The notes beneath the pieces were generated by a model, which did not search any database, was not told where the DNA came from, and saw nothing but the letters and a program-made list of their open reading frames with translations. Position numbers and translations under genes: made by a program. This document shows positions 1 through 12,157 of a DNA stretch of 58,385 nt, piece by piece; position 1 is the first letter of the stretch; each line of letters begins with the position of its first letter. Location of the stretch: NCBI GenBank assembly GCA_038087875.1, contig JAXLNO010003785.1:1-58385 (forward strand), given 5' to 3'. Source of the DNA: Malacoraja senta. Its lineage: Eukaryota.

Positions 1-329
1 TTGTGATTCGCACCCAATCCATCACCCTAAAACTTTCCTTTCTTCCATCATTGAGGCGGCATCTACAAAATGCACTCTAATTAGTGTTATATTCAGCAGC
101 TCTGAGTCAAGAAGAGTTAATGTACTAGACTTTGTTAACCTGCTCAAAGTGAATAGTATTCATTATTGGCTCTCATGAACTTTACTTTTTTGTGAGGCGC
201 ATATTTTATAAGACATTATTTCCTGACTAAAAAATTTAAAGTTGAATTGGAAAAAACATAATTTCTCTCAGGAAAAGAAAAGAGTAATATTCTCAAAGAT
301 GACGCATGAGCAATAAGCGATGTAAAGGA

Positions 330-777
330 CAACCGATGTATATTGGGGTAGAGCAAATAAGGCAAGGGAATTCAGAATACAGAATAAATAGTAGGGAACT
401 GAAAAATGTGGAGGAGCAGAAGTATTTAAGAATGCATTTCTCTAGAGAAGAAGGTAGCAGAACGTGGTTAAGAAGTAATAGAGGTTACCTGCTGTAATTG
501 GTTGCGGCATGGTTGAGACATCTTGGATGTCATGCTAGAATTAAATTTAAACCAAATCATTAGTTAACGCTCAGCTAAAGTGCTGTATAGTGCAGCTTTA
601 CTCACCACACCAGAGGAAGAATGTGATAGTACTGGAGATAGTGCAGAGGAGATTAATACAGTGGTGCTAGAGATGGAGAGGTTTAAACATGAGGATTGGA
701 TTTTACTGGAACAAAGGAAGGTGAGAAAAGATTTAAATAAATAATATTTAATAGGTAAGGGGTAGAAAGAGGGAAAA
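330..777 (+). mobile_element. Old degenerate CR1-type LINE 3' fragment
   Basis: Decayed matches to CR1 ORF2 C-terminal sequence (e.g. ...ggaagaatgtgatagtactggagatagtgcagaggagatta...); apparently continues at ~3325-3420 beyond the Rex1 insertion. Confidence 0.55.
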
Positions 778-934
778 NNNNNNNNNNNNNNNNNNNNNNN
801 NNNNNNNNNNNNNNNNNNNNNNNNNNNNNNNNNNNNNNNNNNNNNNNNNNNNNNNNNNNNNNNNNNNNNNNNNNNNNNNNNNNNNNNNNNNNNNNNNNNN
901 NNNNNNNNNNNNNNNNNNNNNNNNNNNNNNNNNN
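778..934. other. Assembly gap (N run)
   Basis: Run of n characters. Confidence 0.99.
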
Positions 935-1056
935 ACTGCAGATGCTGGTTTTAAATTAAAGGTAGATCACAAAATGCTGGCGTAACTCAGCGGGACAGGC
1001 ATCATCTCTGGAGAGAAGGATGGGTGACATTTCGGGTTGAGACCCTTCTTCAGACT
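935..1056 (-). mobile_element. Penelope-derived short element (3' end with hammerhead-like core)
   Basis: Reverse complement reads agtCTGAAGAagggtctcaacccGAAAtGTC...gatgcctgtcccgctgagttacgccagc...catctgcagt, the same family as 40504-40886. Confidence 0.8.
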
Positions 1057-1190
1057 ATCTATCTAGTTTGTTTGTTTATTTGTTTGTATATTTATTTATT
1101 TCCTTCAGCAGAGAGGTCCACAACGAGAGAGAGCAACATGGATTTCTGGTAAATTTCTGGTAGTCGGATTATTGGAGACTTAGGAACATA

Positions 1191-3311
1191 AAGTACTCCC
1201 CACTCATCAGACGGGTTAAACCCACTGTGAGGACAGTTAAAGTCTGGTCAGAGGAGGCGGACTCCACACTTCAGCAGTGTTTTGGAAACACTGACTGGAA
1301 GGCGTTTGCAGCCCAGGCCACCCTTGACTCCCACACGGACATTGACTCCTATACATCCTCTGTTCTTGACTTTATAAACACCACCATCAACAGTGTCACC
1401 TCCCTCAAACGGGTGACCATATTCCCGAATCAGAAGCCATGGATGAACAGCGAGGTCAGGCTACTGCTGAAAGCACGGGACAACCACTTTCAGGTCAGCG
1501 ATGCCCGAGCCTATAGTTCATCCAGGGGCTAACCTGAAGAAGGGCATAAAGAAGGCCAAGCACTGCCATAAGCTCAGGATTGAGGAGCACTTCAACAACA
1601 ACTCCGACCCCCCGACGCATGTGGCAAGGCATCCAGGCCATCACGGACTTTAGACCCACCAACACCACCCCCACATCCAGCAACGCCTCCTTCCTTGAGG
1701 AGCTTAACCACTTCTATGGCCGCTTCGATAGGGACAATCGGCAGTTGGCCATCAAGGCGGTGCTCCCTGCCGATCACCAGCCCCTCTCACTCACCCCCCT
1801 ACGACGTGTACGTGGCACTGAGTAGGACTAATGCACGTAAGGCTGCTGGCCCCGACGGCATCCCCGGGTGCGTCCTCAGGGCCTGTGCTGCGCAGCTGAC
1901 AGACGTCTGGACTGACATCTTCAACCTGTCACTTGCCCAAGCAGTTGTGCCCACGTGCCTTAAATCCACCTCCATCGTGCCGGTGCCAAAACACTCCACT
2001 GCGGCAAGCCTCAACGACTTCCGCCCAGTTGCACTTACTCCCATCATCGCCAAGTGCTTTGAGAGGCTGGTCCTGGCACACCTCAAAGGCTGCCTACCCC
2101 CCACATTGGATCCCTATCAGTTTGCCTACCGCAAGAACAGGAGTACGGAGGATGCCATCTCAACGGCACTTCACTCCGCCCTCTCCCACCTCGACAACAG
2201 AGACACTTACGTAAGAATGCTGTTCATCGATTACAGCTCAGTATTCAACACCATCATACCCTCTAAACTGATCACCAAACTCGGTGACCTGGGCATCGAC
2301 CCTTCCCTCTGCAACTGGATACTGGGCTTTCTAACCAACAGACCCCAGTCTGTTAGGTTAGACCAGCACACCTCTTCAACCGTCACCCTGTGTGCTGAGC
2401 CCCCTCCTCTACTCCCTCTTCACCTACGACTGCACACCTGTACATGGTACTAACACCATCATCAAGTATGCAGATGATACAACGGTGATTGGCCTCATCA
2501 GCAACAATGATGAGTCGGCCTATAGGGAGGAGGTCCAGCTCCTAGCAGCATGGTGCGCTGACAACAACCTGGCCCTTAACTCCAAGAAGACCAAGGAGCT
2601 CATTGTAGACTTCAGGAAGTCTAGGGGCGGCACGCACACCCCCATCCACATTAACGGGACGGAGGTGGAACGTGTTTCCAGCTTCAGGTTCCTGGGGGTC
2701 AACATCTCCGATGACCTCTCTTGGACCCACAATACCTCAACTCTGGTCAAGAAGGCTCACCAGCGTCTCTTCTTCCTGAGGAGACTAAAGAAGGTCCATC
2801 TGTCTCCTCAGATTCTGGTGAACTTCTACCGCTGCACCATCGAGAGCATCCTTACCAACTGCATCACAGTATGGTATGGCAACTGCTCTGTCTCCGACCG
2901 GAAAGCACTGCAGAGGGTGGTGAAAATTGCCCAACGCATCACCGGTTCCTCACTCCCCTCCATTGAGTCTGTCCAAAGCAAGCGTTGTCTGCGAAGGGCG
3001 CTCAGCATCGCCAAGGACTGCTCTTACCCCAACCACAGACTGTTTACCCTCCTACCATCCGGGAGGCGCTACAGGTCTCCTCCGTTGCCAGACCAGCAGG
3101 TCCAGGAACAGCTTCTTCCCTGCGGCTGTTACACTACCTCGGTGACTGCCAATCACCCCCCCCCCTCCCCCGGACACTCCTCCCACCAGGATTTATTAGA
3201 TTTATTTATATTTATGTCGCTCTTCTAGGGAGATGCTAACTGCATTTCATTGTATCTGTACTGTACACTGCACAATGACAATAAAGTTGAATCTGAATCT
3301 GAATCTGAATA
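1191..3311 (+). mobile_element. Rex1/Babar-clade LINE, 5'-truncated, frameshifted RT
   Basis: ORF fragments [58 protein letters not shown]; 3' AATAAA followed by (GAATCT)n tail. Confidence 0.9.
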
Positions 3312-3572
3312 ATTTCATTAAAGAGGGGGACTGGAATTCACTGCCTGTAATGGAGATAGAGTCAGGGATCTTCAGAGATTTTCAGTGCAGTTACCTCCAA
3401 GCCAAAACTATAATTTCAAGTCAAAGACCATAATTGAACTGGGAAAGAGAGAAAACAAAAGTTTTAATTTGCAGAGAGAACAGGACGGGAATGGTTAGGA
3501 TAAAATTAATGTTTCTGAGAGGCTGAGGCCAGAATTGCCTGGTGTTAACTTGTTGATGAAGTCATTTGTTAA

Positions 3573-5312
3573 TAGATACGTAGATACATAGAAAATAGGT
3601 GCAGGAGTAGGCCATTCGGCCCTTCGAGCCTGCACGCCATTCAATATGATCATGGCTGATCATCCAACTCAGTATCCCGTACCTGCCTTCTCTCCATACC
3701 CCCTGATCCCCTTAGCCACAAGAGCCACATCTAACTCCCTCTTAAATATAGCCAATGAACTGGCCTCAACTACCTTCTGTGGCAGAGAGTTCCAGAGATT
3801 CACCACTCTCTGTGTGAAAAAGTTTTTTCTCATCTCGGTCTTAAAGGATTTCCCCTTTATCCTTAAGCTGTGACCCCTTGTCCTGGACTTCCCCAACATC
3901 GGGAACAATCTTTCTGCATCTAGCCTGTCCAACCCCATAAGAATTTTGTACGTTTCTATAAGATCCCTCTCATCTCCTAAATTCTAGCGAGTATAAGCCA
4001 AGTCTATCCAGTCTTTCTTCATATGAAAGTCCTGACATCCCAGGAATCAGTCTGGTGAACCTTCTCTGCACTCCCTCTATGGCTATAATGTCCTTCCTCA
4101 GATTTGGAGACCAAAACTGTACGCAATACTCCAGGTGTGGTCTCACCAAGACCCTGTACAACTGCAGTAGAACCTCCCTGCTCCTATACTCAAATCCTCT
4201 TGCTATGAAAGCCAACATACCATTCGCTTTCTTCACTGCCTGCCTGCACCTGCATGCCTACTTTCAATGACTGGTGTACCATGACACCCAGGTCTCGCTG
4301 CATCTCCCCATTTCCTAATCGGCCACCATTTAGATAATAGTCTGCCTTCCCGTTTTTGCCACCAAAGTGGATAACCTCACATTTATCCACATTATACTGC
4401 ATCTGCCAAACATTTGCCCACTCACCCAGCCTATCCAAGTCACCTTGCAGTCTCCTAGCCATCCTCCTCACAGCTAACACTGCCCCCCAGCTTAGTGTCA
4501 TCCGCAAACTTGGAGATGTTGCTTTCAATTCCCTCATCCAGGTCATTAATATAAATTGTAAATAGCTGGGGTCCCAGCACTGAGCCTTGCGGTACCCACT
4601 AGTCACTGCCTGCCATTGTGAAAAGGACCCGTTTACTCCTACTCTTTGCTTCCTGTTTGACAGCCAGTTCTCTATCCACATCAATACTGAACCCCCAATA
4701 CCGTGTGCTTTAAGTTTGTATACTAATCTCTTATGTGGGACCTTGTCAAAAGCCTTCTGAAAGTCCGGATACAACACATCCACTGGTTCTCCCCTATCCA
4801 CTCTACTAGTTACATCCTCGAAAAATTCTATAAGATTCGTCAGACACGATTTACCTTTCGTAAATCCATGCTGACTTTGTCCAATGATTTCACCACTTTC
4901 CAAATGTGCTGCTATCCCATCTTTAATAACTGACTAGCAGTTTCCCCACTACCGATGTTAGACTAATTGGTCTGTAATTCCCCGTTTTCTCTCTCCCTCC
5001 CTTCTTAAAAAGTGGGGTTACGTTTGCTACCCTCCAATCCTCAGGAACTACTCCAGAATCTAAAGAGTTTTGAAAAATTATCACTAATGCATCCACTATT
5101 TCTGGAGCTACTTCCTTAAGTACTCTGGGATGCAGCCTATCTGGCCCTGGTGATTTATCGGCCTTTAATCCATTCAATTTACCCAACACCACTTCCCGAC
5201 TAACCTGGATTTTACTCAGTTCCTCTATCTCCTTTGACCCGCGGTCCCCTGCTATTTCCGCAGATTATTTATGTCTTCCTTAGTGAAGACGGAACCAAAG
5301 TAGTTATTCAAT
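3573..5312 (-). mobile_element. CR1 LINE (young, 5'-truncated, frameshifted ORF2)
   Basis: Minus-strand ORFs [57 protein letters not shown]; TTTCTATG-like tail at 3573-3595. Confidence 0.93.
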
Positions 5313-5538
5313 GAGAATAGGGAGCAACAAAACAAAGGAACATGGAAGCTATGAAATATAGGTCAGAGATATAGGAATTGTCCTATATAAGTAATGTTAG
5401 TGGAGACAAACAAAGCTAATATTACAGAAAGATAACCTACAGCAGAATTGGTCAGTTTTGATTTAAAAAGGGCAAGTCTGTTATCTGATGCCGTTGAATT
5501 CAATGTTGAGTCTAGAGGATTAACACATTCTTAGATGT

Positions 5539-6234
5539 ACAGCGAGATCTGGGGGTCCTTGTTCATCGGTCACTGAAAGTAAGCATGCAGGTACAGCAGG
5601 CATTGAAGAAAGTGAATAGCATGTTGGCCTTCAAGAGGAGTTGAGTATAGGAGCAAAGAGGTCCTTCTGCAGTTGTACAGGGCCCTAGTGTGATCACATC
5701 TGGGGTATTGTGTGCAGTTTTGGTCTCCAAATTTTGAGGAAGGACATTCTTGCTATTGAGGGAGTGCAGCGTAGGTTCACGAGGTTAATTCCCAGGACTG
5801 TCATATGTTGATAGAATGGAGCGGCTGGGCTTGTATACTCTGGAATTTAGAAGGATGAGATAGGATCTTATTAAAACATATAAGACTCTTAAGGGTTTGG
5901 ACACGTTAGAGGCAGGAAACATGTTCCCGATGTTGGGGAGTCCAGAACCAGGGGCCACAGTTTAAGAATAAGGGGTAAGCCAATTAGAACGGAGATGAGG
6001 AAAAACCTTTTCACACAGAGAGTTGTGAATCTGTGGAATTCTCTGCTTCAGGAGGCAGTGAAGGCCAATTCTCTGGAGGCTTTCAAGAGATCTCTTAAAG
6101 ATAGCGGAGTGAAGGGATATGGGGAGAAGGCAGGAACGGGGTACTGATTGTGGATGATCAGCCATGATCACAGTGAATGGCGGTGCTGGCACGAAGGGCC
6201 GAATGGCCTACTCCTGCACCTATTGTCTATTGTC
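5539..6234 (+). mobile_element. CR1 LINE 3' fragment with TSD TAGATG
   Basis: CR1 ORF2 C-terminus; (TATTGTC)n tail; TAGATG at 5533-5538 and 6235-6240. Confidence 0.9.
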
Positions 6235-6391
6235 TAGATGGAAGAAGTTTCCTAATCTCATTTGGGCATCATCAGAACAATGCAGAACCCATAGACAGAG
6301 AGGTCAGAAGTGAAAGGAACCAAGAATGAAACTGATGGGCAAATGGAAAGTCCTGAGTCATCACTGCTAACTGATTAATGTTGTTCCCCAA

Positions 6392-6583
6392 GGTACACAG
6401 AAATGCTGGAGAAACTCAGCGGGTGCAGCAGCATCTATAGAGCGAAGGAAATAGGCAACGTTTCGGGCCGAAACCCTTCTTGCCTATTTCCTTTGCTCCA
6501 TAGATGCTGCTGCACCCGCTGAGTTTCTCCAGCATTTTTGTGTACCTTAGATTTTCCAGCATCTGCAGTTCCTTCTTAAACAC
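6392..6583. mobile_element. Fold-back (palindromic) Penelope-derived short element, 15-bp TSD
   Basis: Left arm aggtacacagaaatgctggagaaactcagcgggtgcagcagcatcta is the near-perfect reverse complement of right arm tagatgctgctgcacccgctgagtttctccagcatttttgtgtacct; TSD aatgttgttccccaa at 6377-6391 and 6584-6598. Confidence 0.88.
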
Positions 6584-7403
6584 AATGTTGTTCCCCAATC
6601 TGTGTTTGGATTTTTTAATGTGGAGGAGACCGTGAATTGAGTCCACTGAATGCAGTGAACTAGACTGGGAAAAGTGCGAGTGAATTGCTGCTTCATTTGG
6701 AAAGTTTGATTGGGTCGCTGGATGGTATGAAGAAAAGAAATGAAAGGCGAGTGCTGCAGTAGTTATGGCAGCAGGGCAAAGTACTATCTAATAGGAAGTG
6801 CTTGGTGAAGATAGAAGTGTGGGCCCGGCAGTTGCAAAGGAAACAATCCCTTTGAAGTATTGCAAGGGGAGGAATGGGGGATGTATATCTAGTTTTGTTG
6901 AAGGGGACAGAATTTACAGAAGGTAATCCATTGAATGTGTAGGCTGGTGAGGATATTCTAACTTTTCTCTTTCTAGGAACGCTGGTGAGAGCAAAACTCT
7001 TGAATGGCGGTGAGATTTGATCAAGGGCTCTGTCAGCTTGAGAAATAGCACCTCAACAACCTTCCAGACTCAGCACTGAGTTCAACAGTTTCAGGTAACA
7101 TGCTATCTCCATTTATGTCAGAACTGACCAATTCCACTGTAGGTTATCCTTCTGAATCTTTGACTCCGTTTCTCTCTCCACTAATGCTGGCTGATATGCT
7201 GGACATTTCCCACAAGGCTGAACTACACTTCACAGATATTACATGTACCATAACTGTCCTTATCAATCAGATAGCTTCATCAACAACTTAACACTATAGC
7301 ATCTCTGGGCTCACACAGTCAGATATTTTGCTTTTGTCCTGTCCATTTCTCCCAAAATCCTTTTACAATTGAAATTTATCGATCTTTAGTTTATCTTTCT
7401 CTG

Positions 7404-7716
7404 GTAAAAATTGTAAATTATCCCTAGTGCATGGGGATCGCTGGTCGGCACGGATGCAGTGGGCCGAAGGAACTGTTTCTGCGTTGTATCTCTGAACTAA
7501 ACTACACTAAGCATTTAAGAAAAGCCTGTTCTAACTACCTGCTTGACAGGTCTATTTCCATTTATGGAATATGTTGTATATTGGAGATCTGAAATATTTC
7601 CCTAAAATAATCTCATGGATCTTTCAGATTGGAATCTAAATGCACAAAGTAGGCAACTGTACATTGAATGTTCATGTCTCTGCAGGAGCTCAGCATGCCT
7701 GTGCCAAGATTAGATT
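7404..7716 (+). repeat. ~313-bp direct duplicate of 18908-19222 (SINE tail plus non-repeat flank)
   Basis: Near-identical alignment from gtaaaaattgtaaattatccctagtg to gcctgtgccaagattagatt. Confidence 0.93.
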
Positions 7717-8421
7717 CCAAGTTATGACAACAGGTTTTTGATCTAGAACAGTAACTCCGTTTCTCTTTTCACCTAACTTGTTGAGTTTTTTCTAGCTTTC
7801 TGTTCCATTATTGCAATCTCTAGCACTTACAGTTTTTGTTGTTGTTGTTGTTGTATTTTCTTTTGGCTAATGTAAACATGATTGGCCAAATGTTTTTAAA
7901 TCTATGCCACAAAGTTCAACAATTCTATGAATTAACCATCCTTTGATTGCAACTTCACGTATTTTAGGATGGGAATTCCAACAGGAATGCATCAGAGCTT
8001 CACGGGCTAGAGAGTTTGGGAAAATCCTGACATTTTGAAAGCCAGCAAAACCTGTGGGTGTGATGTGACCAACAGTCAGAGTGTCATCAGTCATTTTGTG
8101 GGAGGGGTCTGTTCTGCTCCTTCCTCCTCACTGCTTGCTGCGATTACATTCTGCATGCTCTTGGGACCATTTTCAATTCAGAACTTGACTTTCCTCCCAA
8201 TGAACAACGGAGGAATTGCAAAAGGTAATTTCAGAGATTTTACTTTTTCAAGTTCCAGTCTTTGTATACTTTCAGTAGTTTTGAAGGCAAAAAGATAGAA
8301 AAATAAATAATTAAGTACTGGTTGACCCCACCCACTAAGGTAGTTTGCATGGTAAACTTCCTGGCAATGCGAACAAAGTACTTTCATGGGCAGGCCTGCT
8401 GAGTGTTTAGAATATTTTCCC

Positions 8422-8572
8422 ATAAGGTTATGTCATAAGTGATAGGAGTAGAATTAGGCCATTCAGCCCATCAAGTTTACTCCGCTATTCAATCACGGCT
8501 GATCTATCTCTCCCTCCTAACCCCATTCTCCTGCCTTCTCCCCATAACGTCTTACACCTGTACTAATCAAGA
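8422..8572 (-). mobile_element. Short CR1 3' tail fragment
   Basis: ataggagtagaattaggccattcagcccatcaag...ttctcctgccttctccccata, the CR1 3'UTR; similar fragments at ~32110-32205 and ~52742-52870. Confidence 0.7.
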
Positions 8573-8689
8573 AATGTTTTCTGTTGCTACATCGTTCCAT
8601 CTGAAACGATAATGATGGAAAGTAGAATCTATGATGTAACATGGTTGTTTATATATGTTTTTCCTGTTTAGAATGGCCACGAAGCTTGT

Positions 8690-9240
8690 GTCTTAACTAC
8701 TGTGAGAACTTATAAAATGTAACGAGGGGGAGCATGTATTACTGCGTAGAAAACAGCTGGCACTTTGCTTCCACTTCTGGTCTCCACACCACAGGAAAAA
8801 TGTGGGAGGCTTAAAAAAAAGTGCTGAAAAGATTTATAAAAATGTCAGAAATTTCAGCAGCAGGGTTATACTGGGGTTGTTTTCCTTGATATATGGAAGG
8901 TTGAAAGATTTGTAGAGGGTGCGCAAGATCATGACAGATTAGGATAGTTAAACAGAGTGAAGTCACTCCTGGTTCAAGGGTAGAAATTCAAACTGATGAA
9001 TATTAGATATAGAAGGGAAATAAGGGAAATGTTTTTTTCATGTAGAGAATTTTTATGAATTGGAATTAATTGCCCTTTAAGGGAAATAGAAATAGAACTT
9101 TCAAAAGTTAATTGGATAAACATTGAAGAAGAATAAATTCCAAGGAGGAAAGGGATTGAATGGAATGCTCTGCAAAAAGCTAACACAGATGCAAAGGAGT
9201 GCAATGCCCTCTTTCTGTGTCATTAGGATTCACTACATTC
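8690..9240 (+). mobile_element. Old degenerate CR1 3' fragment
   Basis: Decayed cacttctggtctccacaccacaggaa..., tggaattaattgcc..., aattggataaacatt. Confidence 0.55.
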
Positions 9241-9262
9241 AAGCAGTCTCTAATGACTGAAG

Positions 9263-10188
9263 AATAGTAAGATTAAACGAGAACTTACCAGTTTGAAGTT
9301 TGATCTTTATTTTATGAGGAGTTACGTTGGTGATTACGTGAAGAAGACCCGTCAGGGCGCATGCGCGTCAATCTTCAAAGCAGCGGTATGAAATCACAGA
9401 CAACACAATAATTGAAGTAACATATTAAGATGAGGAACATGAGAACTACCATTATGACCTTTTTTCTATGAGAGAGGGTTGGGCGTGGCGGGCACGTAAT
9501 CACCAACGTAACTCCTCATAAAATAAAGATCAAACTTCAAACTGGTAAGTTCTCGTTTAATCTTACTATTTTACTTCGGAGTCACGTGAGTGACTACGTG
9601 AAGATTTTAAAGCTCTGTGATTTTTATGCCGCAGATCAAAATCCCGGCTTCTCACTGCATCGATTGACTCTGAGTATCATCTATAATGCTGTAAACATGA
9701 CATTGCATATCATGCAAAAACAAAACAGTTTAATATTTGGTCATAAAACAACCAATAAACCCTCTTAATTTAGGGGCAACAAACGAAACAGAATTAAACA
9801 GTATTGAAAACAGACTTTAAACAATAGCAACAGCACTCAATATTGAGTGGGCAAACAGCCCTCCATCGGCAATCGGCCGATGGTAGTATTGCTGAAACAC
9901 AAGTTCATTTTTCCAACCTGCGGCTATTAATATATGGTCGATGGGAACGTCCATCGCCCTGACCGCGGATGTTGCTACTGAATCTGAATCCTGTTTCTTC
10001 TTGTCTTAAAGCCCTTGTGGCTTCAATGCAATGTAAGAAATGTGTCCTTACACATAAAGATGGATCTGTAGGATATGCTGAGAACACCATCTTAAATCCT
10101 GTCACACCTGGCCTGCTTTGTTTGAGCAGGTCATAAATATAAAACAGAACATTCTCTGTAGTCACTTCCATTGTATCTAACTGAAGTT
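9263..10188 (-). mobile_element. Truncated DIRS1 copy (3' terminus, ICR and YR C-terminal part, internal deletion)
   Basis: Aligns with 14229-15272 at high identity; ~130-bp deletion at ~9981; ends in a fold-back junction. Confidence 0.92.
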
Positions 10189-11708
10189 AGATACAATTTG
10201 TCATTTTGCAAATACTCTGTCCCACAGCACGGGCATAGAATCACCATCGGCTGAAGGAAATTACAGCATGGAAAGTTTACCCGAGGCAGTTTCCATAAAA
10301 ACGTGGACCTCTGAATTTATAATGAAACATTCTAGTCTGATTATCCCCCTGATGTTTAATCTTTTTCATTTGAAATCTGTGTATAATCTTAGTTGGCAGT
10401 GTGAAAAGCCAAAGGAAAGCTGATTAGTATTTTTTAATTTACTTTCTATGTGAGCCCATTGTTCTTATTCTAGGCATCACCATTATTATACTGTATATCT
10501 GCAGCTCAGTCGGATTCTCTCAATCATAAAATTGCTTGTCACACAGTGTGCCCTGCAGCTACATCATTCTACCATTAGATGGAGCTCCGTAAATTTTAGC
10601 AGCACCAGACTCGAGAGCAGCATAAATGCATTCTGAGGAAGTGTTGGTTTATTTCAATTTGGAGTGGGAAATACCAATTGAACTCCCCTAATATATGGAA
10701 AAATGATGGCTTGTAACACAATATATATGGAGGGAGCAAAGCCTCTCAATGATCACATCAAAATTAGTGCAAATGTTAGTTTGTAAACATACGTCCAAGA
10801 AATACCTCACAATGTTGACAAGAGAGGTTTGTCCTCATTGAAACAATATGCAAAATATGCATTTTGTAATTAAACATCTTATATCTCAAGATTATTCTAA
10901 CGATGATTGCAGAGTTAATGCATCGTACATACTGAGAATTATAATGGGCTTATTATGGAAAAGTACCTTATTTGACATGTTTATATTATGCAAATCCACT
11001 GAAGAATATATCTATAATCTATTCATTATGTTCTAACTGTACCTAGTGCCAGTCCTGCAATGAATCACTAAAAGAGGTGGAAAATTGCTAGAATATTCGC
11101 ATCATGCTTATTTCACTTTAATTGCACCACTCGTCAATATACGGTATATATTATGCAGACATGTTGCATGTTTACATATACAATACTTTAATTCTCTTTT
11201 TAACAAGACAGAACAATTTCCTTACTTGATACTCAACCTCTCTCCAGGTTTTCTGAGTGTCTTTGATTGTCTCAGAGGAACTTGTCTGTTGATATTCCAA
11301 GTACTTTTTGCCATGAGGAATGTTTGTGACTCAATTCAGTAAAACCGTGTTCTGTTTATTCCACAGTCCATTCTGGATCAAACTCTGGAATGCACTCATA
11401 AGCTTATCGCTCTTCAATATTGGTCTTTTATATCTCTTTCAGGTATTAGGTGATCTAATGTGCACTCCAAATTCTGTCCCCTATTTTCACAAGATAACGT
11501 TGGTACTTTATCCTTCTATCAATATGCAATCTAATGTCAAATGTCAGGTTTGCTGGATAAGGTTACCATGCAAACTCTGTTATTTTGTTTGAAATATTTC
11601 TGCGAATGGCTTGAATCTGTTTCAATTCCTCCTGTTCCAGTTTCCCCTTGAGATTTGCTGAACCTTATATAATCCTGTTTGGAACGTGGTATCTTCTGTA
11701 GCATGCAG

Positions 11709-11710
<2 letters not shown>

Positions 11711-11776
<66 letters not shown>
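11711..11776. repeat. (AT)n microsatellite
   Basis: Pure AT dinucleotide run. Confidence 0.98.
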
Positions 11777-11779
<3 letters not shown>

Positions 11780-12157
11780 TGTTTTGCAGTTGTATTTTAA
11801 CACCATAATTTAACACCATATTTTAACACCATAATGTTTTGTTTAAGAATATGGACCATATGTTTATTAATTATCAAGTATTGTTGATTCTCTTTATCTG
11901 TATTCCCTGACCACGTGCATGCAACAGTTGGTGAAACGCTGCATATGGATCCTATGATATCGGTAAATTGGTGTTATTCATCATATGGTTGAATATTTTC
12001 ATTGGTTTAGGCAGGTTTTCAGAAGAATTCCGCTTTTTTCTTAATTTATTTAACTTTTCCACAACTTGATTTATAAAAAATATAGAACTTACTGTAAAAA
12101 CCGTATGATTCTGCATTAGTCATGATATTAGTATGGACAATATAATCTGTAATAATA

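Larger units (their letters stand above)
5470..7840. mobile_element. Old Penelope-like element remnants (inverted arrangement) hosting several later insertions
   Basis: Decayed GIY-YIG C-terminal motif (ttgaattcaatgttgagt on - strand at ~5495; cagactcagcactgagttcaacagtttcagg on + strand at ~7065); interrupted by CR1 5539-6234, fold-back 6392-6583 and duplicated segment 7404-7716. Confidence 0.5.

Noticed and set aside
11340-11400. PEWTVE peptide on the - strand as MINAR PSWTIEEY exon
   Set aside because: Surrounded by stop codons, lacks NPLY, and lies downstream of the terminal exon.
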